Below, in pieces: positions 1 through 10,297 of a stretch of DNA of 64,000 bases. This DNA comes from an uncultured Actinomycetes bacterium (GTDB taxonomy: Bacteria; Actinomycetota; Thermoleophilia; RBG-16-64-13). Location: positions 1,376,001 to 1,440,000 of the forward strand of contig CAWJDT010000001.1 of assembly GCA_963841735.1 (NCBI GenBank), in the 5' to 3' direction. A program made the position numbers and the translations under genes. Each line of letters starts with the position of its first letter. Within the stretch, counting starts at the first letter, position 1. Under the pieces are notes generated by a model that saw only the letters and a list, made by a program, of their open reading frames with translations, was not told the origin of the DNA and made no database searches.

Positions 1-216
1 TTGGATGCCCTGGTGAGCACATGGACGCCCGGCCAGGCCGCCGCAGTGGCCGGCGCGCTCTTGGGCCTGAGCCAAAAGACGATAGCGTCTGAGTGGGAGA
101 GTGGGGCTATCACGCAACAGGCTGTCGCACAGCACCTTGATCGCGCGCGCTGGACCACCATCGCGCGGGCATTGCGCCACTTCGAAACCCAGTGTGGGGA
201 GAGTCGCGCACTATGA
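1..216 (+). CDS. SatD-family protein, C-terminal HTH-like end (partial, 5' end outside window)
   Basis: WT..Q...V....LGLSQK.IA......ITQQAVAQHL..A.W resembles SatD C-termini; ATGA overlap with a DUF3307 gene, the usual SatD partner. Confidence 0.5.
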   Translation: MDALVSTWTPGQAAAVAGALLGLSQKTIASEWESGAITQQAVAQHLDRARWTTIARALRHFETQCGESRAL

Positions 217-995
217 CCCACTTGCAGGTCGACCTGGCAATCGCCCTATTTGCTGCTCACGTGATCTCGGACTTCGTTCTCCAGACGGACACCACCATCA
301 AGGCGAAGAAGCGGGTCCGGGTGTTGGTGGGCCACTGCCTCATCGTCGCGCTGCTCAGCTACCTGTTGGCGGGCATGTGGGAAGTTTGGCTGATTCCAGT
401 GGCGGTCTTTGTAACACACCTGCTCATGGACTTCGTCAAGAGCAGATGGCTCTCTGAGAGACTGCAATCGTTCGCTATCGACCAGGCAGTGCACCTCGCG
501 ATCATCGCGGCTCTGGTGTTCGCGGTGCCCCGTATGGTTGGGCCGGATCAGACGATGCTCTGGCAAGATGCGGTATCGCCGCGGTTCTATCAGTGGCTGC
601 TCGGCGCTGCCGGTCTGGTCGCCGCGACTTGTGCTGGAAGCGTACTGGTCAGTCTAGTAATCAAGAAGTTCCAGCAGCAGCCGGCGAAGCAGAAGGGGGC
701 CCCGCCGCCACCAGCCTCAGACCGCGAAGGGCTTGACAAGGGCGGCAAGTGGATCGGCCTACTGGAGCGGGCGTTGATCTTCGTCCTGGTGGCAGCGGGG
801 CAGCCTGCGGCGATCGGCTTTCTAATAGCCGCCAAGTCGATACTGCGGTTCGGTGAGATCGGGAAAGGGGCCGACAGAAAGGACGTCGAGTACATTATCG
901 TCGGTACCCTGACGAGCTTTCTTGTCGCGCTTGTGGTCTCATATCTCACCCGTCTGGGTTTTCTTGAATACGGGGCCTCGTGGCTCACAAACTGA
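213..995 (+). CDS. DUF3307 domain membrane protein
   Basis: AHVISDFVLQ, H.L.D, F.IDQAVH, GKWIGLLER, FLIAAKSILRF, EYIIVGTL motifs; several TM helices; ATG at 213 overlaps upstream TGA. Confidence 0.8.
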   Translation: MTHLQVDLAIALFAAHVISDFVLQTDTTIKAKKRVRVLVGHCLIVALLSYLLAGMWEVWLIPVAVFVTHLLMDFVKSRWLSERLQSFAIDQAVHLAIIAALVFAVPRMVGPDQTMLWQDAVSPRFYQWLLGAAGLVAATCAGSVLVSLVIKKFQQQPAKQKGAPPPPASDREGLDKGGKWIGLLERALIFVLVAAGQPAAIGFLIAAKSILRFGEIGKGADRKDVEYIIVGTLTSFLVALVVSYLTRLGFLEYGASWLTN

Positions 996-1018
996 GCGCT
1001 GAATAGGGGAGGGGGAGC

Positions 1019-4000
1019 GTGTCACAGGCCCTAGATAGACTGAAGGCTCTTCTTGCCGAACTCTTCCAGTTCGACCAGGCCGACTTGGACTTCGGCATCT
1101 ACCGCATCATGAACGCCAAACGCGACGAGATAGGCCGCTTCTTGGACTAAGACCTGCTTCCGCAGGTGCGCGAAGCCTTTCAGGACTATGAGTCGGAGGA
1201 CCGCAAGGTCAAGCAGGCCAAGCTCGACGAGCTGGTGCAGAAGGCCAAGGACCTGGGCGCAGACCCCGAGGTGCTGCCACAGGTGCAGACACTGCGCGCA
1301 GAGCTGGCTCAGGCCGTGGACATCAGCGCCCTGGAGGCCGAGGTCTACTCCCACCTGTACAGCTTCTTCCGGCGTTACTACCAGGAGGGTGACTTCATCT
1401 CGCTCCGTCGCTACAGGGAGGGCGTCTACGCCATCCCCTACGAGGGCGAGGAGGTCAAGCTCCACTGGGCCAACCACGACCAGTACTACATCAAGACCGG
1501 CGAACACTTCCGCGACTACGCGTTCAGCCTGCCTTCGGGCAAGCGGGTGCACTTCAAGTTGGTCGAGGCAGACACAGAGAAGGACAACAAGCGCACCGCT
1601 CCCGGCGAAGAGCGCCGTTTCATACTCGTGCAAGAAGAGCCGGTGATCGAAGACCAGGGCGAGTTGGCGATTCGGTTCGAGTACCGGTCGCATCCGGACA
1701 AGGCCAAACAGGCGGACCTCAATGCCGAGGCCGTGAGCCGCATTTTGAACGAGACCAAGGGTCTGGAAGAGTGGCGGCGAGAGCTGGCAGGCCTTCGTCC
1801 TACCGAGAAGAACCCGCGGCGCACGCTACTCGAAAAGCACCTGGCGGACTACACAGCTCGCAACACCTTCGACTACTTTGTCCACAAGGACCTAGGCGGC
1901 TTCTTGCGGCGAGAGTTGGACTTCTACATCAAGAACGAAGTCATGCATCTGGATGACATCGAGAGTGAGAGCGCTCCTCGGGTGGAGCAGTACCTCTCCA
2001 AGGTCAAAGCCCTACGTCGGGTCGCCCACAAGATCATCGATTTCCTGGCCCAGATAGAGGACTTCCAGAAGAAGCTCTGGCTGAAGAAGAAGTTTGTGGT
2101 CGAGACCCAATACTGCATCACTCTAGGCCGCATCCTCGCAATAGAGGACGACAAGAAGCGCGACTCACTCCTGGCATCGATAGTAGAGAACGACGCTCAG
2201 CGTGAGGAGTGGATACAGCTGCACGCCATCGATGAGATCGAGGGCGACTTGGTCACCGCAGGGTATTCATCACCGCTCACGCGGGAGTTTCTGGAGTCAC
2301 ACCTAACGCTGATGGTGGACAAGCTCCTTTCGGATGACCCCGCCTTGTTCATCGCCATCGATGACTTCGAGATGGTTGACTTGTGCGAACTAGTTGACAC
2401 CCATTTCCCTCGACTACGAAGGGAAATGATCGTCATCAATCACCACCCCCAGGGTGGGAAGGCCAAGACACTGGCCAACACGCATGAGTACATGCTTGCG
2501 TGCGTGGCTGCAGATTCTGACAAGACGCTCAGGGGTAGGCTGTGCAGTGGTGGGGTGGAGCACCGCCCGTTCAAGCGAAGCGGTACGGCCGAAAGCAACT
2601 TCCGATACGCGAGGCCCAACAGCTTCTACGCGATAATCGTCGATTCACAGACGAAGACGGTGCTTGGAGCTGAAGCACCTCCCCCGCTTGGCATCGATTA
2701 CGCCACAGAGCCCACTCCAGACGGGCATCTGCGGATCTACCCGCTTGGCGCGCGTGGTGAGGAGAGGGTTTGGCGGCGCTCCTATGAGTCAGGCGTCGAG
2801 CTCATTGCCTCGGGCGGCCTGGAATGCACGGCCAACCTGACCATCTACCATCTGATTGAGGCTGAGGACAGGACACCTGCACTCTTCAGCAACTGGGTCG
2901 ACACGCGCTACAACGCCGGAACGTTTGGCGCCAATCTCCTTGCGGATATCATTGGCGAGCACAATCCGTTCTTGTATCCGAAGTCGGTGAAGACGGTCGA
3001 AGATGCAATCTTCTCCGCTGGCGTCGGCCAGGATGCTACTTGTCTGGACTACTTCGCAGGTTCCGGCACGACGGGTCATGCCATTGTCAATCTGAATCGA
3101 GAGGATGGAGGACGGCGTCGGTTCATCCTCGTGGAGATGGGCGACCATTTCGACACGGTGCTCACACCCCGCATGAAGAAGGTCACCTTCACGCCCGCGT
3201 GGAAGAACGGCAAGCCCGAGCGTATTCCGACATCGGTGGAGGCAGAACGAGGGCCACACGTGGTCAAGGTCCTTCGCCTCGAGTCCTACGAAGACACTCT
3301 GAACAACCTGGTGCTCGCGCGGGCGAAGGCCCAACAAGACCTTCTCGAACAGCAGGCCGAATTCCGCGAGGACTACGTGCTTCGCTACATGCTTGATGCG
3401 GAGAGCCAAGGGAGTGCTTCGCTGCTCAACGTCCACCGGTTCGAAGACCCCTTCGGCTACCGGCTGGACATCGCTACCGGCTCGGCGGGCGAGACCAAAC
3501 CCACCGTGGTGGACCTGGTCGAGACCTTCAACTACCTCGTCGGTCTGCGGGTGAAGACCATCGACCATATCGGCGGCGTCCGTGTCGTCACCGGCGCGAG
3601 TCCCGAGGGTGATCGCGTCCTCATCCTCTGGCGCAACGTCAAGCAGACGGACAACGACGCTCTTGACGCCTGGTTCGCCAAGCAGGGTTACAACACCCGC
3701 GACCAGGAGTTCGACATCATCTACGTCAACGGCGACAACAATCTGGAGAACCTGCGCAAGCCCGATCAGACTTGGAAGGTGCGCCTCACCGAGGACGACC
3801 CCGATTTCATCACCGAGTACCGGCTGTCGGTGGAGCGCTCGCGCGAGGACATCATCAAGAAGCTCGAGGAGGTCAAGGGTCTCATCGAGACCGGGCAGCT
3901 CCGCAACATGGAGTTTGGGTCACTGCGGATCATCGCTTTCGACCGCCACCCCTACCAACCACTCATCTACGCGGGCAGCGATTCCATTGAGGTGAAGCCG

Positions 4001-4366
4001 GTCGTTCTGGAGAACGAAGGCGAGCGCGACTTCGTTCTCGATCTGCAGTCCTTCTGCGAGGCCAACCGGGAGTTCCTAGAGGGCAAGGAGCTCTGCCTGC
4101 TGCGCAACATGAGTCGCGGCCGCGGCGTCGGGTTCTTTGAAGCGGGCAACTTCTACCCCGACTTCATCCTTTGGCTGCTGGAGGGTGGACGCCAATATGT
4201 GAGCTTCGTCGATCCCAAAGGCCTGCGCAACCTGGAAGGGGCCGAGGACCCGAAGATCCAGTTCTACCAGACCATCAAAGACCTGGAGGCCAGGAACGTT
4301 CTCTTCCAGGCAGAGGACAAGGGCACCTATATCCGCGGGCTGCTGGACAAGACGCTAGGCGTGTAG
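1019..4366 (+). pseudogene. mod: Decayed type III restriction-modification locus: Mod methyltransferase fused in frame to the C-terminal nuclease end of Res
   Basis: GTG at 1019 after a G-rich RBS gives LFQFDQADLDFGIYRIMN, then an in-frame TAA at 1148-1150. YPKS and [13 protein letters not shown] are present but there is no DPPY motif. After ~3790 the frame reads as the Res C-terminus ([21 protein letters not shown]); no helicase motifs. Confidence 0.8.
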
Positions 4367-4432
4367 GGCCGTGGTTCTGAGATCACTCGAGCCTCCGCGC
4401 ACGGTCTAGGAATACTCGAACGCGTCTTGGGC

Positions 4433-5614
4433 CTACTCCTGCTCGCTCAGCGGGCAACTAACCCCGGTCACGCTCATGGCAGCGAGGCAACGGTTGCAGC
4501 TGTCGCAGTCGGACTCGGTGATCTCGCCGCGCTGGCACCGGGCCACGAAGTCCGGGTCGCGGACGGTCGAGCGACCCACCTGCACGAAGGCAAACCCCTT
4601 CTGCACGAGACGCTCCATGTCGGCGAACGAACGGACTCCGCCTACATAGGCCACTGGGATGTCCACCGCCTCGAGCACTAGGCTGGCCTGCTGTTCCAGG
4701 AAACAGGGTTCGAACGGGTAGCGCTGCACCAGGGCCCATCCGAACATCGCCATGCCCAGCTTGGTGAGCAGCTTGGGTTGAGCGCGCGCGAACGCGAGGG
4801 TGGGGACATTGCCTCGCAGCATGTAGAGGGGAGTGCGCGCGGTGAAACCGCAGGACGGCACCAGAGCGGTCGCTCCCGCCGCTTCGTAGGCCGCCGCGAC
4901 CTCGACCGCCTCGTCGATCTCCAGGCCGCCCTTCATGCCGTCGCGCAGGTTTGTCTTCACCAGGACGGGGTATTCGGGGCCGAGGGCTGCTCTCACCTGC
5001 TCGATCACCGCCACCGGGAAGCGCAGCCGGTTGGTGAGCGGCCCGCCGTATTGGTCGGTTCTGTGATTGGTCCACGGGGAGACGAACTGGCTGAGCAGAT
5101 AGCCGTGTCCCGCGTGGATCTCCACCGCGTCGAATCCCGCCTCGCGGGCCATTTGGGCGGCCCGGACGAAATCGGCCGTCTTAGCGTCGATGTCCTGTTG
5201 AGTCATCTCCTGACAATATGAGACACGGAAGAGGCAGAATTTGGGCGAAGCGCCCAGGGGCCGCCGCTTGATCACCGAGGGGCTGGCGAAGAAGCCGCAA
5301 TGTCCCAACTGGATGGAGGCAGCCGCTCCTTCGGCGTGAACGGCCTCGGTGAATCTACGCAGGCCCGGCATGATCTCGGGTCTCATCCACAGCTCGTGGC
5401 CGAAGGCGCGCCCGTCGAAGCTGACAGAGCAGTACGAGAGGGTCGTCATCCCCACCCCACCGGCGGCCACCCGGCGGTGGTGCTCTATGAGGCGGTCGGT
5501 CACCTCGCCTCCATGGGAGAGGCCCTCGAAGCAGCCGGCCCTGACCACACGGTTGCGCAAGGTGAGGCCGCCGAGAGTCAGCGGCTGGAGCACTGCGGGC
5601 GTCTTGTCGGTCAC
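4433..5614 (-). CDS. NADH:flavin oxidoreductase (Old Yellow Enzyme family)
   Basis: LRNRVV, AGFDAVEIHAGHGYLLSQF.SP.TN.RTD.YGG...NR.RF, C-terminal CDSCNRC; start moved to GTG 5614. Confidence 0.9.
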   Translation of the reverse strand: MTDKTPAVLQPLTLGGLTLRNRVVRAGCFEGLSHGGEVTDRLIEHHRRVAAGGVGMTTLSYCSVSFDGRAFGHELWMRPEIMPGLRRFTEAVHAEGAAASIQLGHCGFFASPSVIKRRPLGASPKFCLFRVSYCQEMTQQDIDAKTADFVRAAQMAREAGFDAVEIHAGHGYLLSQFVSPWTNHRTDQYGGPLTNRLRFPVAVIEQVRAALGPEYPVLVKTNLRDGMKGGLEIDEAVEVAAAYEAAGATALVPSCGFTARTPLYMLRGNVPTLAFARAQPKLLTKLGMAMFGWALVQRYPFEPCFLEQQASLVLEAVDIPVAYVGGVRSFADMERLVQKGFAFVQVGRSTVRDPDFVARCQRGEITESDCDSCNRCLAAMSVTGVSCPLSEQE

Positions 5615-5649
5615 GGGATGGGGTCCTTCCGGTCTTGGGCTTGACAGTC

Positions 5650-6369
5650 TCATCCCAACAACGACATCCCGGCGGCGGCCGCGAAACCCAGCACCGTGGC
5701 GAGGCCCACCAGCCTGCCGCCGTGCTCGTAGGCCTCGGGGATCATGGCGTCCGCCAACATGGTGAGCATGGCTCCAGCCGCGAAGGCCTGGACCACGCGC
5801 GCGTCGGCGGAGGGCATCCACTCGACGAAGCCGCTGCCTAGCGCCGCGAAACCGGCCGAGACCAGCACCAGCGCGATCCACATCCAGAGCGTGCTTCGCC
5901 GTGAGTGACCCGCAGCGGTGAGGTTGACCGTCCCGGCCAGACCCTCGGGGATGTTGGACACGAACACGGCCACAAGAAAGGCCACGCTGACCGAGCCACC
6001 CAGCGCCAGGCCCATGCCCAGCACGATCGACTCGGGGATGGCGTCGAGCAACGTGCCTATGAAGATGGCCGCGCCCGAACCCTTCTCGGCCTTGGCGCCG
6101 ATCCTCTTGCGGTGAACACCGCCCCAGTTGTCTACGAACCAGTCGCCCGTGAAGAAGACCAGCGCGCCCAATACAAAGGCTACGGCCGTGCCCCAGCCTC
6201 CGATGGCCGACTCGGGCACCAGCTCGTAGGCGATGGCACTTATCAGAGCGCCTGCGCCAAAGCCCATGAATAGCCCGATCGTCCGGTTGGCCAGCCCGCG
6301 CCCGGCCAGCAGGTACCCGGCGAGCAGGGAGAGGGCGGCCAGCCCGCCCCAGAGAGCGGCCGCAATCAT
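5650..6369 (-). CDS. ZIP/GufA-family metal transporter
   Basis: GFGAGALISA..YELVPE, LDAIPES, SNIPEG, FAAGAML.M...MIPEA; multi-TM. Confidence 0.85.
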   Translation of the reverse strand: MIAAALWGGLAALSLLAGYLLAGRGLANRTIGLFMGFGAGALISAIAYELVPESAIGGWGTAVAFVLGALVFFTGDWFVDNWGGVHRKRIGAKAEKGSGAAIFIGTLLDAIPESIVLGMGLALGGSVSVAFLVAVFVSNIPEGLAGTVNLTAAGHSRRSTLWMWIALVLVSAGFAALGSGFVEWMPSADARVVQAFAAGAMLTMLADAMIPEAYEHGGRLVGLATVLGFAAAAGMSLLG

Positions 6370-6400
6370 GTAGGGCCTCCCCTGTGGAGCGCGGCCGCGA

Positions 6401-7462
6401 TCATCTGTCGGCCCTTACATCCGCCAGCGTCCGCCGGAAGGCTTCTTCGCGGGAGACTATGGGCTCATATCCGAAGTCCCGCTCAGCCCGATCGTGCCGG
6501 TAGGTGTGGTCCACGCAGGTCTGGATCACGGCGAAACGGTTGAAGTTGGAGCGGGGTGCCACTACCTCGGCCACGCAGGCCAATCCGTAGGCCACGGGGT
6601 AGGGTATGCGCCGCCGAGGGATCGGCAGATCCAGGGCCGCCAAGAACGGGTCCATGAAGTCGAAGAAGTTGTCGGCCGGGTAGTGATCGCCTATGAAGTA
6701 AGGGCGCCCAGCCATCAGCGAACCCGGAAACAGATGAGTGGCTGCGCATACGTGCGCATGGGCCACGTTCTCGGAGTAGGCGTGGCTGAAGCAGGCCTTG
6801 CCGCTGCCCAGCCGTAGTTTGTTGCCCTTGCGGGCCATGGCCAGGATATTACCCAGGTGATAGCGGTCCCGCGGGCCGTACATGCCCACCGGCCGGAGGG
6901 CACTGGTGGCCAGGTCGGGGCCGTCGGCGGCTAGTACCAAGTGCTCGGCCTCTATCTTGGTGCGGCTGTAGGGGTCGCGGGGCAAGCGCCTGGGGTAGGG
7001 CAGCGACTCGTCGCCGTCCACGATGGGCCGGCGCCCGTCGACCACCACGTCGATGGTGCTCGTGTAGACGAGCCTCTGGATGCCGAGCTTCCGGCAGACC
7101 TCAACCACCAAGCGGTTGCCACCCACGTTGACTTCGTCGTACACGCGAGCCGGGGTTCTCACGTCCCAGACGGCGGCGGCGGTCTGGAAGACCACGTCCA
7201 CGCCGGCGCAGGCGGCTTCGACGTCCTCTCGGGAGCGGATGTCGCCCACCCGGGCCTCACAAAGCGGTTCCGGTGCCGGCTGCGTATCGAGGATGCGCAT
7301 CTGCTTGCCCGCCGCGGCCAACTGCTTGACGATCTCGAAACCGAGCATCCCCGCGCCCCCGATCACCAGGCAGCGCTGGAAGTCGCGAGTGTCGCCGGCC
7401 GATGCCGCGACCGCGGGCTGGGGCGGGGTGTCGCCCGCCGATGCCGCCGCCGGATTGCTCAT
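6401..7462 (-). CDS. NAD-dependent epimerase/dehydratase, 3beta-hydroxysteroid dehydrogenase-like extended SDR
   Basis: GGAGMLG, LVYTST, YSRTK catalytic motif, LRP.GMYGP.D; ATG 7462 overlaps upstream stop. Confidence 0.85.
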   Translation of the reverse strand: MSNPAAASAGDTPPQPAVAASAGDTRDFQRCLVIGGAGMLGFEIVKQLAAAGKQMRILDTQPAPEPLCEARVGDIRSREDVEAACAGVDVVFQTAAAVWDVRTPARVYDEVNVGGNRLVVEVCRKLGIQRLVYTSTIDVVVDGRRPIVDGDESLPYPRRLPRDPYSRTKIEAEHLVLAADGPDLATSALRPVGMYGPRDRYHLGNILAMARKGNKLRLGSGKACFSHAYSENVAHAHVCAATHLFPGSLMAGRPYFIGDHYPADNFFDFMDPFLAALDLPIPRRRIPYPVAYGLACVAEVVAPRSNFNRFAVIQTCVDHTYRHDRAERDFGYEPIVSREEAFRRTLADVRADR

Positions 7463-7755
7463 GCGCCGGCGCTCCTGTCCGCGCTTTCGCCCGCGGGCCG
7501 ACGGGCTTTCACCGTGATCGCGCTCTGCGGGCAAAGAGCCACGCACTTGCCGCAGCCGGTGCAGAGCGACGGCCAGAGGGGGGTAACGCGCCATTTCCTG
7601 GGGTCGAAAGGGTCATCTTCCACGGCGCCCAGGGTCTGGTGGAGTAGGAACAGAGCCGGGTCACAGGTCCGCAGGCAGAGGCCGCACTCTCGGGGGTCCA
7701 CTCCGGCGCCGTCGCCGCAGCGGGTGTAGTCAATGGCGATCCGGTTGCGTCTCAC
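7459..7755 (-). CDS. Small ferredoxin-like Fe-S protein
   Basis: C..(insert)..CGLCLRTC and CTGCGKCVALCP motifs. Confidence 0.8.
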   Translation of the reverse strand: MRRNRIAIDYTRCGDGAGVDPRECGLCLRTCDPALFLLHQTLGAVEDDPFDPRKWRVTPLWPSLCTGCGKCVALCPQSAITVKARRPAGESADRSAGA

Positions 7756-7795
7756 AGATGGTGCCTAATCTAAAGGTCAGCTTGACGGTAAGGCT

Positions 7796-8665
7796 TTAGT
7801 ATTTACCGGCGAAAGCCGGGACGTGGTCTCGCGGCACCAGGAAGAGCGCGTCCGTGGGGCAGGCGTGGCGGCACACCCCGCAGCCGTAGCAGCTTTCCCG
7901 GTCGACTACCGGGTGGTCCAGGGCCTTATCCATGCGCAGGGCGCCGAAGGGGCACTTGGCCACGCAGGCGCCGCAGCCATAGCACAGCGAGTCGTTCAAC
8001 TCCACCAGGTACTCCGCCTTGTAGACGGACTTCACGCCAAAGTCCACCCGCGGCCTGAGGCCGGCGCACTCCGGGTTCGCACACGAGCAAAGGTTGTTGA
8101 TGTAGGGAAACGGTCCGTACCAGATGGTGCCGATGTACCCCTTGGTGTTGTGCTCGCGGAAGCGGGCCACCGCCTCATCGCGTGAAAGGTGGTACTTCTC
8201 CTTCTCGGGGATGAAGCGCGGCAACTTATCGATGATCTCCGACATGACCCCGAAGTTGATGCAGCAGGACTCTTTGACCCCACGGCTCATGTAGCGGCAC
8301 ATGCAGTTCTTCTCGATGATGGGCTCCGCGGCGCAATGCTGCAAGATGGCCTCGGCGTCCTCAAGCGGCACCACTTGGCCGATGTGCCCCTCGGGGCGGA
8401 ACGGGTTGACTGGGGGCTTGTGGCTCTGAAGCATACGTTCGGCCAGCCTTTTGACCACCCGGCCGATGATGGGCATGCGGAAGGTGTAGTCCATGCCCAC
8501 GGGACTCACCCCGGCCACCTTGCGTACCGACATCTGCTCGAAGTTGGTGTACTGCTCGAGCAAGAACTCTCGGAGGTTGTACTTCTCGGCGATCTCGTCG
8601 GAGTAGTGCTCGGCGTTGAGGTACCACTTGCCTCCGGCGCCGTGTTTCATACAGTTCTCACACAT
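7796..8665 (-). CDS. 4Fe-4S dicluster-binding protein with additional Cys-rich N-terminal and central motifs
   Basis: MCENCMKHG..KWYLNA, CMCR, CSC...C, then CYGCGACVAKCP and CYGCGVCRHACP. Confidence 0.8.
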   Translation of the reverse strand: MCENCMKHGAGGKWYLNAEHYSDEIAEKYNLREFLLEQYTNFEQMSVRKVAGVSPVGMDYTFRMPIIGRVVKRLAERMLQSHKPPVNPFRPEGHIGQVVPLEDAEAILQHCAAEPIIEKNCMCRYMSRGVKESCCINFGVMSEIIDKLPRFIPEKEKYHLSRDEAVARFREHNTKGYIGTIWYGPFPYINNLCSCANPECAGLRPRVDFGVKSVYKAEYLVELNDSLCYGCGACVAKCPFGALRMDKALDHPVVDRESCYGCGVCRHACPTDALFLVPRDHVPAFAGKY

Positions 8666-8731
8666 GACAGCTGATGATGACGGATGGCTCCGGTGATGGC
8701 AACTCCGATCGCAGAGGCTTCTTCCGGTCGG

Positions 8732-8778
8732 AAAACGAAACAGGCCCCCGGCCATCGAGAGATGGCCGGGGGCCTGTT
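8732..8778 (-). terminator. Intrinsic terminator after the DUF3068 gene
   Basis: Perfect 18-bp stem AACAGGCCCCCGGCCATC / GATGGCCGGGGGCCTGTT with a 4-nt loop, followed by TCGTTTT on the minus strand. Confidence 0.8.
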
Positions 8779-8819
8779 CACCGTTCTTACAACGTTCTAC
8801 GCGCGGTTGCCTCTGGGCT

Positions 8820-10025
8820 CTACTCCTGGCTCGGGACGACAGGCGCCGCGGGCTTGCGGGCTTTCGTGATGAGCAGTGCAGCTGCGAGCAGCAGGATGAC
8901 CCCGACGATCACTACGATCAGCGGTATCCACATGTTGACGAATCCCATCAGAGAAGCCTTACTCTTGGCGTCTTTGGCGAGGGTCTCCTCACTGGCCGGG
9001 ATGATGCTCATGCTCTGGTTGAACACCTTTGTGGCCGGTGCCTGTCCCAACTGAGTCGCCGCTCCCATAGCCGCGGCGATTGCCGGGCCGACTGTGGGAT
9101 CGGTCGCGTACTTGCCGATGATCGCGAAGGCCCCCATGAGACCGGCGGTATCCGGTTGCATGGTGGTGGTGCGATCGAAGGCGGCCCCGACGGTGGCGCC
9201 GGTCTTCGCCTCGATGTAGATGGCGTCGCCGCTCTCCTGCTTGTAGATCATCTTGATGGGCTGCTGAGTGAGTGCCTGCAGGGCCTGCATGTCCTCAGCG
9301 CTTGCCACCGGGAGCAGCGCGCCCATAAGGGCATCGAGGTCGAGTCCCTGGGCCTTCAGTTGGGCGCTGAGTTGCGCGAAGGTGATCTCCATAGGTAGGC
9401 CCTGGCCGCCCAGCACCGCCTGCGCTATGGGTGGGTAGTACTCGGTGGCCGGGCGCGTAGCGTCGATCTTGATGGCCGTGATCCCCAGGCCGTTGTAGTT
9501 GTCGATCTTCTGCGCGACCTTGATATCGAACGCCGTGTTGACGTCATTGAAGAAAGCCGAGACGGTAGTCCCGACCTTGAGGCCGCCGGGGAAGATGGGA
9601 CCGTACTTGCCCACCCGGGCGCTCATGATCATCTCGGGGCTGTAGGCCCAGTTCTCGTTGCTCTCAACGCACTCGCGTGTCTTCCGATCAAGAGCGTACA
9701 TAGTGATCTGCGCGGGGCTCTCCTGACCGCCGGCGGTCATGAGGATGGTGTCCGAGCAGACCGCCATGCTGGAGGTGTACTTGTCAGAAACCGAGGCGAA
9801 CGTGCGGAGGACGGTGAAGGGGATGGCCACCTCCTGGCCCGCGGGAAGCGACTGCCCGGTCGCCGGGTCTATGTATTTGGTCAGGGTCCCTTCAAAATCC
9901 ATTTTGACGTCGAGGTCGCTCGGCAGCTTGGTCAGCGACGGTGCCAGCACCACCCACCACACGACGGCCACCACGACCAATACGATACCGACGATTCCAA
10001 ACGCGATGCTGCTCTTCTTTCCCAC
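8820..10025 (-). CDS. DUF3068 (PorA-like) membrane-anchored protein
   Basis: N-terminal TM followed by P.L.KLP.DLD, YALDRKT, C-terminal TM; GTG 10025 behind GAGGAGG. Confidence 0.65.
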   Translation of the reverse strand: MGKKSSIAFGIVGIVLVVVAVVWWVVLAPSLTKLPSDLDVKMDFEGTLTKYIDPATGQSLPAGQEVAIPFTVLRTFASVSDKYTSSMAVCSDTILMTAGGQESPAQITMYALDRKTRECVESNENWAYSPEMIMSARVGKYGPIFPGGLKVGTTVSAFFNDVNTAFDIKVAQKIDNYNGLGITAIKIDATRPATEYYPPIAQAVLGGQGLPMEITFAQLSAQLKAQGLDLDALMGALLPVASAEDMQALQALTQQPIKMIYKQESGDAIYIEAKTGATVGAAFDRTTTMQPDTAGLMGAFAIIGKYATDPTVGPAIAAAMGAATQLGQAPATKVFNQSMSIIPASEETLAKDAKSKASLMGFVNMWIPLIVVIVGVILLLAAALLITKARKPAAPVVPSQE

Positions 10026-10297
10026 GTATACCCCTCCTCGTGTCAAGGAAATCAATGGCAACTCTGCATGCAGAGAACTCGCGCATGCTACGGACTGTGC
10101 CGTCATTAAGAATGAAGGGGCATCCTTTGTCAAGGACGGGGGTGTCGCGTCTCTCGCATCCACGATGTAATCCATCGAGGCCGCGGAAAGGCGGCCCCGT
10201 GTTTGCGGTGGCGGTATGCTGGGGAGGACCTGACGGTGCAGTGGCGCCGCGGGTCTAACGACCGGCCGGCTCCTCACTTATCCGTAAGGTAGGCCTC

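Noticed and set aside
1148-1150. Recoding/readthrough of the TAA in mod
   Set aside because: TAA is used as a normal stop elsewhere in the window and the gene also lacks its catalytic motif
7389-7447. Short direct repeats in coding linkers (also the 15-bp tandem at 23681-23711)
   Set aside because: Local duplications in low-complexity peptide linkers; no evidence of a mobile element
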